From Chrysemys picta bellii (taxonomy: Eukaryota): a stretch of 64,000 bases of DNA. Both the position numbers and the translations under genes were made by a program. Of this stretch, positions 1-9,814 are shown piece after piece (the first letter of the stretch is position 1; every line of letters begins with the position of its first letter). The notes below the pieces were generated by a model. It saw only the letters and a list, made by a program, of their open reading frames with translations. It searched no databases and was not told the DNA's origin. Location of the stretch: NCBI RefSeq assembly GCF_011386835.1, contig NC_088794.1:3038001-3102000 (forward strand). Reading direction: 5' to 3'.

Positions 1-284
1 GCCAGGACTCCTGGGTTCTATGCCCAGCAGGGTCTCTGTGTTCTGCATCCCCTGCTGAGCTCACCCCTGGCCTTCAGGGACCTTGGTCCTAGAGCCTATG
101 GGGCCAGGTGGGACCGTTGGCTGGGGCAGGAGTGACAGTGGATCCCTGTTGAGCCGTGACCTTCTCTGCCTCCTCCAGCATCCCCGCGGCCCCCCCTTCC
201 TGGTGCCTGAGACATCTCCTGGGATTAGCTGGGATCAGCTCAGCTCAGGGGCAGATTCACCTGAAGAGGCAGAGGCAGCCGGAT

Positions 285-918
285 GGTTTAGAGGTCAGAT
301 CAGGACTCCTGGGTTCTCTCCCTGGCTCTGGGAGGGCAGTGGGGGCTAGTGGGTTAGAGCAGGGGGGGCTGGGAGCCAGGACTCCTGGGTTCTCTCCCTG
401 GCTCTGGGAGGGCAGTGGGGGCTAGTGGGTTAGAGCAGGGGGGGCTGGGAGCCAGGACTCCTGGGTTCTCTCCCTGGCTCTGGGAGGGGAGTGGGGTCTA
501 GTGGTTAGAGCAGGGGGCTGGGGGCCAGGACTCCTGGGTTCTCTCCCCAGCTCTGGGAGGGGAGTGGGGGCTGGTGGTTAGAGCAGGGGGGGCTGGGAGC
601 CAGGACTCCTGGGTTCTCTCCCTGGCTCTGGGAGGGGAGTGGGGTCTAGTGGTTAGAGCAGGGGGCTGGGGGCCAGGACTTCTGGGTTCTCTCCCCAGCT
701 CTGGGAGGGGAGTGGGGGCTGGTGGTTAGAGCAGGGGGGGCTGGGAGCCAGGACTCCTGGGTTCTCTCCCTGGCTCTGGGAGGGAGTGGGGTCTAGTGGT
801 TAGAGCAGGGGGGCTGGGGGCCAGGACTTCTGGGTTCTCTCCCTGGCTCTGGGAGGGCAGTGGGGGCTAGTGGTTAGAGCAGGGGGGGCTGGGAGCCAGG
901 ACTCCTGGGTTCTCTCCC
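285..918 (+). repeat. Tandem array (~8 x 74-76 bp) of tRNA-derived SINE-head units (Sat-B)
   Basis: Unit gggagtggggtctagtggttagagcagggggggctgggagccaggactcctgggttctctccccagctct, containing A-box-like (tagtggttagagc) and B-box-like (gggttctmtcc) motifs. Confidence 0.9.
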
Positions 919-2374
919 CAGCTCTGGGAGGGGAGTGGGGGCTGGTGGTTAGAGCAGCGGGGGCTGGGAGCCAGGACTATGCATGTGTCTGAACTGGCAT
1001 AGATCATCCATTCAGCCCCCAGTTATGTCCCTGCTGGAGGATATGGGGGTCCCTATTCCTGGGTGAGGATCTGGGGCTGTGTCATTGGCCGGTTTACCAA
1101 TACGCCCTGCTTAGATCCCTGCCTCGTTCATAGCCCTCAAGCCCTTTCCTCCAGAGTCAGGGCGTGAACCCTGGCGTCCGGGCCAAACCCCAGCTCCCGT
1201 CTGCATTCCTCAATCAGATTAAATTGGATACAGGCTTCTTCACGTCCTGTCCCATACCCTGTGGTGGTGTGTGTGGCTTTTACTAGTTGCCCTGCCCCAG
1301 AAGTGGCTGCGTCTCAGGTTCAGGGATCCCTTCACTGAAGGAGGTGGATGGCTCAAGGCCAGGAGCCAGTTCTCTGGCGCCAGTTCCTGCTGTTGTTCTC
1401 CGCCTGGCAGTGCCAGGATCGATGCTTCCTGCCATGTGAGGGGCCGGGGAACTGCCCCCTTGACACACAAGCTGTGGGGAGGGATGGATTGATCCTGTCA
1501 GGGCAGGTGGGTCAGGGGAGTTGTGTTTTGGGAGAGAAGGGATATCGAGGGAGGGGGCTTGGAATGTGAGGGGCAGAGACCAGGAGGATTTGGGGGAGAT
1601 GTGTATGGGGGGACAGGGATATGGGGTTCTGGTAATGTGGGGAGACATGGGGGGATCAGAGGAAAGTGCAGGCTGGGGCTATACGGAAGGGGCTGATAAT
1701 TTGGGGGGGGAACTGTGGGGGGCTGGAGATTTGGGGGGCTGGGGCCCCTGCGCAGGGATGTTGGTGGGGGGAATGGGATCCTGCCTGGCGGAGCCCTGTT
1801 GGGAGTGGAGGCCAGAAGGAATTGGGGGGAGACATGCAGGAGGGGATCGTGTGAACTGAGCTGATCTCTCTCATCCCCGATGATTTTGAGAGCGGGGAGC
1901 CCAGGCGGGACATGGTTCCATGAGGGGAAATGGCCTCCCCTTCCCTGGTGCTGTGATGCGGCCCCCTCTGGGGTGGGCAGCGGGGGCTGGTTACACCGGG
2001 ACCCCTTGTGTGGCACTTAGACACGGCTGTTCATACGGGGACCCTGCGCCTGGCGCTGAGATGCAGCCCCTCTGGGGTGGGGCACTCTCTGCAGCACCCT
2101 GCCCCCTGGCAGATCCTCCCTCAGCTTTTAGCTCGCTGCTCCTGCTAACGATGATCTCGTTAAGGGCTCAGGGCTGAACCTGGGGCCCTGACGTCAGGGG
2201 CCAGTGCCTGCCTCCCCCACTTAGCTCCCTGCCTAAGTGGCTTAGACCTGGGTGCCCTACAGGTGCCCCTGGCAGGACCGAGCCCATCCTGCATCACCCA
2301 TGGCTGACACAAGTTGTGTGTTTCTCTGCGTAGCACCCAGGCAGACACCTGGGCTCAAGAGACTTCCCAGTCTC

Positions 2375-2617
2375 CAGGACTCCTGGGTTCTGTCCAGGCT
2401 CTGGGAGGGGAGTGGGGTCTAGTGGGTCAGAGCAGGGGGGCTGGGAGCCAGGACTCCTGGGTTCTCTCCCTGGCTCTGGGAGGAGAGTGGGGGCTAGTGG
2501 GTCAGAGCAGGGGGGCTGGGAGCCAGGACTCCTGGGTTCTCTCCCTGGCTCTGGGAGGAGAGTGGGGGCTAGTGGGTCAGAGCAGGGGGGCTGGGAGCCA
2601 GGACTCCTGGGTTCTAT
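2375..2617 (+). repeat. Sat-B SINE-head tandem (3 units)
   Basis: Same unit as 285-918. Confidence 0.85.
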
Positions 2618-3931
2618 GTGAAGTTGGCGTTGGGAAGTATCTCTGGAGTGTAAATCATGATTATTTAACGTCTCACTTGGCCTTAGATGCCGAGGTCGTT
2701 ACCTGAGCTCTGGCGCCACTCATGAGAGAGCAGTGGGGATCCCGCTCTGCCCTGCCCCAGAGCTGGTTGCCTCTAAGCACCAGGCAAGCCACCCCCCTGC
2801 GGCATTGTGTGTGGCTGTTCTCCAGCTGCCCCGCCCCAGAGCTGGCTGCATCTCTGCTGGTTCATATTCCCTCTGCAGCCGCTGGCAAGCTGGTGCCATG
2901 GGCTCGGTGCTCCCACCTGTCAGCAGAACAGCTCAGCGTCTGATTTCTTTGCTGATTCTGCTCCCGGTGCCCTTGGCGCTGGGGAGGGGAGGGGAGGGAG
3001 GGGTCACCTCTAGACATCTGGGCCTGGCACTGGGGGGTCGGATAGCCCTTTCCAGCAGGATGTGGGAGACCCCTGCCCTCAGAACCAGGACACCGCAGGC
3101 CCTTCAGAGAGGCTTAAAGCAGGGGTGTGGGGTAGAAGGGCTGGAAAAGCTCAAGGGGGCTGTGAACTAGGGTGGGAATGTATTCATACACTATCGTTAT
3201 CTGCAAAGGGCTTATCGATCGTAACTGTCCTGCCACGATCAGCAGGAGAGGGGGGGCTAGTGGGTTGGAGCCGGGGCCGGGGGGGGGGGGGGGGGGAATT
3301 GGGAGCCAGGACTCCTGGGTTCTCTCCCCAGCTCTGGGAGGGGAGTGGGGTGTGGTAGGTTAGAGCAGGGGGGGCCAGGAGCCAGGACTGAGAGGCACCG
3401 GCAGAGCTGGGGGGCAGGGAGCTCCGGGCTGGGACAGCAGGGGGCTGTCGGTCAGGTCACCTCACTGTCCTTGGGGCTGTCCCTACCATGCAGAGCAAAT
3501 AACTGATAAAGTGATGCCAGGTGCATCTTCGCTCCTCGCTCTCTGCCCTCCAAGGACTTTTTTTGGTGGGGGGGGGGCTGTCTGCAGCTCTTCCCATCTC
3601 TGCCTGTTGTAGAGCTGGGGATAAACCCAGGAGTTCTGGCTCCCAGACCCCTCCGCTCTAACCACTAGACCCCACTCCCCTCCCAGAGCTGGGATAGAAC
3701 CCAGAGATACTAAGACAATTGGGGTCATCCTGGGGGACCCTAAGATGCAGCCTGGGGGAGGAGTGCAGTGCCCGTGCAGAGGGGGGTCTGGGTCTGGGGC
3801 GACTCCAGGGGAGGGAGCTAGCTTGTGGCACTCGGGGGGGACGGGACACGCTGCCTGGATTGGGTTGCCCAAGGGGAGTGGGGTGCCCCATGGCCGATCA
3901 CTGCCGCTGAGCCTCCCCGTCTCGGTCTCAG

Positions 3932-4150
3932 GCATCCCCCTGTTGGGCTTCATCTTCCTGCTGCCCCTGTCCATCCCGTGGGCGCGGATCTCGGTGGGCT
4001 GGCTGGCCGTGGTGCACTACCTGGCCTGCGTGGTGCCCCAGCTGGGCAGTGTGCTCTACCACCTCTTCATGAACCACGAGGGGGGCCCGGCCGTCTACCA
4101 CACCCTGCTGACCCTCGACATGTGCGGGGTCTGCATGGTCAACACGCTGG
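3932..4150 (+). CDS. PAQR4: PAQR4 penultimate coding exon
   Basis: Acceptor ggtctcag|GCATC, donor CTGG|gtgagt; 219 nt, phase 1-1. Confidence 0.93.
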
Positions 4151-4921
4151 GTGAGTGGGGGGCTGGGGAACTGGTTGGGCGGTTATGGAGGGGCAGAGCT
4201 GGGGGGGACTGGTTGGGGGGCGTGGCAGGACTGGTTGGGGTTATGGGGAGCAGAGCTGGGGGGGACTGGTTGAGGGCAGAGCCGGGGGTGTGGGGGGACT
4301 GGTTAGGGGTTATGGAAGGTCAGTGCTGGGGGCTAGGGTAGATCCGGTGGAAGGGCAGAGGATCCCAGGGTGGAGGGGAGGGTAGTGGCACTGTGGGGCA
4401 GTGCAGGGACAGGGTGGGTTGGATGGTGCTGAGAAAGGGCTGGTTGCCCCCCACCTCTAACCCCTTTGCTTCCCCCCCTCCCTGCAGGTGCCCTTCCCAT
4501 CATCTACTGCACCCTTGCCTGCTCCCCAGTTCCCCGCAGCGCTGCCCTGCTGGCCTACACGGCGCTGTCCAGCTACGCCATCATCTGCGCGGTGACGGCC
4601 CACTCCAACGTGCGGCGCCTGCGCTCCTTCGCCTGGCAGGCCCTCTTCCGCTTCTTCTTCTTCTACCTGCGCTGGGTGGGCCTGGGCACAGGCCACCCCT
4701 CCTCGCTGCGCTCGTATCTCATCATGGATGGCCTGGCCCTGCTGGGGGGCGTCATCAACGTCTCCCGCATGCCTGAGCGCTGGCAACCCGGCCGCTTCGA
4801 CTACTGGTTCAACAGCCACCAGATCATGCACGTGCTGGTGGTAGTCAGCATCCTCTACCTCCACTGGGGGGTGGTGGCCGACTTGCTGTGGGTCACCAGT
4901 TATGCCTGCCCCCAGGACTGA
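3932..4921 (+). CDS. PAQR4: Progestin and adipoQ receptor family member 4, partial gene: join(3932..4150,4488..4921); first coding exon not in window
   Basis: The spliced product ..GIPLLGFIFLLP..GSVLYHLFMNHEGG..LDMCGVCMVNTLG/ALPIIYCTLAC..PERWQPGRFDYWFNSHQIMH..ACPQD* matches recalled PAQR4 and keeps the PAQR SxxxH, D and HxxxH motifs. Introns are GT-AG and the frame is kept. Tail-to-tail with PKMYT1 as in human. Confidence 0.95.
4488..4921 (+). CDS. PAQR4: PAQR4 last coding exon
   Basis: Acceptor ccctgcag|GTGCCCTT; TGA at 4919-4921. Confidence 0.95.
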
Positions 4922-4984
4922 CCGGGCCCGCCAGCCAGCGCGGAATGGTGTGGTCTTGTGGCTGCATCCCTCCAGGTCACCACA

Positions 4985-5480
4985 CGATGGATTCCCGTTG
5001 GCCAAGGGGTCTTCTGGGTGGCCGGTGGTGGATTCTCATTGGCCAAGATGTCTTCTTGATCCACTCCCGTTGGCCAACAATGGATTCCCATTGGCCAAGG
5101 CGCCGTCTCCAGTCCTTTTGGCCAAGGGGTCTTCTGGATGGCCAATGATGGATTTCTGGTGGTTTTGGTGACTTCTGGATCAACTCCCATTAGCTAAGGG
5201 GTCTTCTGGCTCAGCAGAGCAGGGCTCCCACTGGCTGAGAGTCATTGTGGATCACCAGGGTTGGATTTCCATGGTCGAGGGCTCTTCTCAGTGCCAGCAA
5301 TGACTTCCATTGGCTAGACTCTGGATAGACTCCCTTTGGCTGATGAGGGTGCTTCTGGGTCACTAGCCACAGACTTCCATTAACGAAGCTCCAGCCAGAT
5401 GCCCACTGTCCGTGGGTCATGCTGGACCACCAGGGATGGATTTCTATTGGCTGCGATCCTTTGGATCCTTCTGGATCACC
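4985..5480. repeat. Degenerate tandem repeat in the PAQR4 3' region (ggattcccattggccaagg..cttctggatg units)
   Basis: Recurring ttggccaa/cttctgg/ggattccc words at semi-regular spacing. Confidence 0.6.
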
Positions 5481-6209
5481 AGCAGTGCTCGCCCGTAGGG
5501 ACTGGGGGCAGGGTGGGGGGCTGCGAGGGGGCACTATTTTGAGGAGCTAGGGGGTGGAGAAGCCCCTCTCCCCCTTTTATCCAGGTATCCTACAGACTTT
5601 GAGACACCATGCAATACTTTCTACTTTTTAAAGGGCTGACGCGGTGCCTGGATGCTGGGGTCTGCACTGACTAGGGGCTCGGGGGAGGCAGCCCAGGAGA
5701 AACTGTGTGCATGGGGGGAGGTGGGGGGGGGGGCGGGGGAAGGAGGCAGTGGAATCTAAGAGCTACAGTGGGACTCCTGGGTTCTCTCCTCAGTTGTTGC
5801 CATCATCCTTGGGCCAAGCGGCTTCAGCTGCTTGTGCCTCAGTTTCCTGTTGCTCCCTGCTCTGGGCGTGGGGTGGGGTGGGGGGGTGTTTCCTGTTACT
5901 GAGCCCTGGTCTGCACTCTCCCCCTGCAGAGGAACAGGTATTCCCCTTTCTGCAGCAGTCACGGCTCCTGGTGCAGTAACAGCCAGCAGGGGACTGTGTC
6001 CCCATCAGCCTGTTTTTATACTACACGTCCCATCTGCTGCTAATCCTATGGTGCTCACCGGGAGCCCCGGGTGTTGAGTGCCAGGGCTCTCCTTCCACCC
6101 TCTGCTGGCATTGGGGTGTACCTACTGTTCCCCTTCCCCTTACGTAACTTAGGGCCACTCAACACAGAGGCAGCGCTGGATCATTGTTTTCCAATCCCTG
6201 TTCACTGGG

Positions 6210-6680
6210 CCCTGGATAGCTAATCTGGATCCTGAGCAGGGAGGTGTGTGTATGAATGAAGCTAAACTGGATTCAGAAGCCACAGGTGTGGGAGTAGCTG
6301 AACTGGTTCTCAATCTGGATTCCAGTTAGCCGCATGCATACATAGCTAAACTCGTTCTCAGTCTAGATTCCTGTCCAGAGGCCAGGTGTGAATGTAGCTA
6401 AACTTGTTCTTAATCTGGATTCCAATTGCCCAAGTGTGAATGAAGCTACCCTGGTTCTCAATCTGGATTCCAATTGGCCATGTGTAATGTAGCTAAACTC
6501 ATTCTCAGTCCTGATTCCTATCATGAGGCTGCATGTGTGAATATAGCTAAACGGTTTCTCAATCAGGATTCCAGGTGGGAGGCCGTGTGTCAATATAGCC
6601 AAATTAGATTTTTAATCCAGATTCTAAGCTGGTTTTACCAGGAAACGTATATGGGGTCAAGCTGGTTCTTAAGGTGGAAG
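6210..6680. repeat. Degenerate ~45-50 bp tandem repeat (tagctaaactggttctcaatctggattcca..gtgtgaatg)
   Basis: About 9 recognisable diverged copies. Confidence 0.75.
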
Positions 6681-7518
6681 CCAACTTACAGAAGCAGTTC
6701 TTAAATTCCATCTTGTTCTCCAATTGTTTTGCTCAGTGTAAATGGGGCCCGCTCAGCCTCATTCCTGGCGGGCAGCCACACTGGTTTAGAAACCAGATCA
6801 GTATTAGAAACTTGCTTGAATTGCCATATAGACAAACTTTTAAGGAAGCAGTACAAAGGGTAGTAGAGGTAGAGTAGGACCGTGGGTGGACAAAATGGAC
6901 AATTGAGACAGCTGTGCTGTGCCAAGACAAGGAGTCAAGCATCAGCGGGTAACCAACCACACAGCATGATGTGGATTACAGGAGGGAGAGATGGGAGCAA
7001 GGACTCCTGGGTTCTATCCCTGTTCAGGGAGGCGAGCAGGTTCTAATGGTTAGTGTTGGGGTTCTGTCCCCAGCTCTAGGAAGGGGATAGGGTCTAATGG
7101 TTTGGGGACAGGGGAGAGGAGACATCAGGCTTTCTGGGTTCTGTGTCTCTGTTGTCCCACCCTGTAACTGAGGCCAAAAGGAAAGCTAAGAAGTGGGTTG
7201 CAGGCTGTGAACTGTTCTCCCACGTTGAAGGGATGGCTGTATTTCTCTGGCCTCCCTCAGAGGGGTGCTGTTGGGTGGGTTCTGCTCCCCCCCCCACCCC
7301 CCAATCCAGTCTTGTCTCCGTTATCTCAGGGCACATGAACACAGCTAGTGTTCGCGGCTTAGTACCGAAGCAACATATCTTTTTAAATTAAAAATGCAAA
7401 ACTGAAAAGTAAGAGGCTAAAATCCACATTGTGCCAGGGTGGGGGGAGCAGGGGGATGGAGGTTCTTACGGGCCACTGCCTCCCTCCAGGGTCCTGTTGG
7501 ATGGTAGCTCTAGGCTTC

Positions 7519-7524
7519 AATAAA
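7519..7524 (+). terminator. Candidate PAQR4 polyadenylation signal (AATAAA; alternative ATTAAA near 7387)
   Basis: First AATAAA noticed downstream of the PAQR4 stop on the + strand; usage not verifiable. Confidence 0.4.
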
Positions 7525-8052
7525 GCAGAGACAGAGCTCATGTGCGTGTGGTTCTTAGTCCTCCGGCCATAGCTGGCTCCAGGACCTCCGTTTCCACTGG
7601 CAGAAGCGTCGCCTTGCTCCATTGAAGGCTAGGAATCTGCTGCAGAGACGGTAGAACAGAGGTGAGACCTCTGGAGGAACAAGCAAGGATGGTGCTGCTG
7701 CATGCTTCCACCCTGGGATCTCCAGCACCAGTTGGGCATGGACCTTCAACCCTCCTCTGTCCCCAATGGGCATGAGTCTTCTCCACTGATGTCCCACCTC
7801 TTCAATGTTCTTCTACCCCTGTTGGCCGTGGATTTTCTCCAATGATGTCCCACCCCTCCCTACCTTCTCCATAGCTGTCACCCCACTAGAATTAACTGGA
7901 TTGTTCTGTGCTCCTCACACCTTCCACTACCTCCTCCATCCTCAACCCAAGGTCTCTAAAAGAACACATTCTTACCTCTCTTGACCACCCCCTCCTCTAA
8001 ACATGAGGATTTGTCTGCATTCAGCGTCACTCCAGTTATGGAAACAAATTGA

Positions 8053-8280
8053 GAGGATGGCCCAGTGGCTTGAGTGTTACCCTAGGACATGAGAGGCCTG
8101 AGCCCAAGTCCCTACTCTACCACAAACTCCTTGAGCTCATACATAGTCTGTGCCTCAGTTTCCCCAGCTGTAAAATTAGATAATAGCATTTTCCCTCCTC
8201 ACAGGGGTGTGTGAGGATAAGCAGAGATTGCGAGGTAGTCTGATACATAGGTGATGGGGCCCAGATAAGTACCTTAGCTA
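8053..8280 (+). mobile_element. CORE-SINE (MIR-like, tRNA-derived head)
   Basis: tRNA-like head followed by the CORE motif ctgtgcctcagtttccccagctgtaaaat..gataatagc. Confidence 0.8.
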
Positions 8281-9155
8281 GACAGACACACCAGTGCAGA
8301 CTATCTTAATTCAAATTGAAGCCTCGCATCTAGCTCTTTGTCTTAAGCAGATTCCTGGCCCCAAATTTAATGTTGATTAAGAGTGTCTACACTGATTTAA
8401 CTAGATCTGGTTTTAAAGTCAGATTGGTTAAAATTGGGCAGCTTTGAAGACAGAGAGCTGCCTATTATAATCTGTGTGGCACTAGCCCTGTGGAGCCTTA
8501 GTCATTGATCACAGCTCATGGGGCCAGGCACAGTACAAACAGAACCAAGAGCAGCTCCCTGACTCAATAATTTCATTTTGGGCCCTTTGGCTTCTAGTCC
8601 CAGCTCTGGAAGGGGAATGGTGTCCAGGGGGTTAGAGGAGGGGAGCTGGCAGCCAGGACTCCTGGGTTCTGTCCTAAACTTAATGTGTGTGCTCAGAGCG
8701 CAATTATTTCCCTTCCCTGTGCCTCAGTTTACTGTGGAGGGAAGGGCAGTAGGGGAGTCAGCCCACAAAGCACACCCAGACCTCTGCATGAGAGAAACCC
8801 GCTAAGAACAGAGAAAGGTACATGACTGCCCCTCCCAATGTGTGTGTGGTAGGATACCCCACCTGCTGCAGGGCACATGGGGTGGCTGGGGAGAAGCCCC
8901 TGTGCACCCCCTGTAGGTGTTACATAATCAAGGTTTGTAGGGTGCCAAGGAAGTCCCAGCTTGTCAGCCCTGCTGAGGAGGGGGTGAGGTAGTGGTGCTA
9001 GTGGTCAAGATGGAGGTAGAGTGGCAGAGATCACCCCACACAGCCAGGGGATCCCAATTCCCTCCAGCTGGGGGCAGTGCTGCCCACACCCCAGACACAG
9101 GCTCGACCCTGACAATCTATTTCTCCCTCAGCCTCGGGATCATTTCAAAGCACTT

Positions 9156-9161
9156 TTTATT
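9156..9161 (-). terminator. PKMYT1 polyadenylation signal (AATAAA on minus strand)
   Basis: tttatt at 9156-9161, about 430 nt past the stop, after a U-rich 3'UTR. Confidence 0.65.
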
Positions 9162-9588
9162 AACACTTCTCATAGTTGCTGCCTTCCCTTAAAAAGGGAA
9201 AAACAAAAACAAAAGATCCACAAACCCCGGTTGGTCCTGGCCTGGGGCAGAGCCACAGCGACCCCTGGTGGGAGGGGATGGCAGCACCTGTGTCCCTCCC
9301 ACCAGTTCATGAAGAGGTTAAAAAGCTTAAAAAAAGGAAAAGAAACGAAAAAAAAAATAAAGTAAATTGAGAGTCAACCCCCAACTGCTCCTCCCAGCAG
9401 CCCCCCTGCTGCCAGCAACAGAAGCAGCGTCAGGGAAGGAGGGCTCTGTCCCCACCCCACCCCCAGCAGTGTGGAGAACAGAATGGGGGTGGCGAGGGCC
9501 CCCGGGGGGTCATTACCCCAGTGCGGTTCACTCACCCTCCCCACCCCAGGAACGATCAAGCGGAGGGCAGCTGATGGTTGGCGCCCGG

Positions 9589-9814
9589 TCACTTCTGCTC
9601 CGCCGTGGCATCCTCGAACATGCTCAGGAGGTTCCTGGGCTCGAAGGAGCCATGCTGGCCTGCATCCTGGGGGGCGCTCTCCTCCCTCTGTGCTTCCTCC
9701 TCGTCGTCCTCCTCGAAGGCCAGGGTGCGGCGGAGGTTGGGGGAGCCGGGGCTGCTGGGGGGGGAATCCGGGCTGATGCGGCTCAGGTTGGGGCTGCCCT
9801 GGACGGCTGAGGAC
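9589..9814 (-). CDS. PKMYT1: PKMYT1 last exon
   Basis: Acceptor tcctag|GTCC; ends [18 protein letters not shown]. Confidence 0.93.

Noticed and set aside
285-918. Sat-B units as functional tRNA genes
   Set aside because: A/B-box-like motifs are present but no acceptor stem, anticodon arm or T-run terminator could be formed
1-3931. PAQR4 first coding exon (expected ..FNKFVLTGYRP..NIYTH)
   Set aside because: No such sequence found by eye; it must lie upstream of the window
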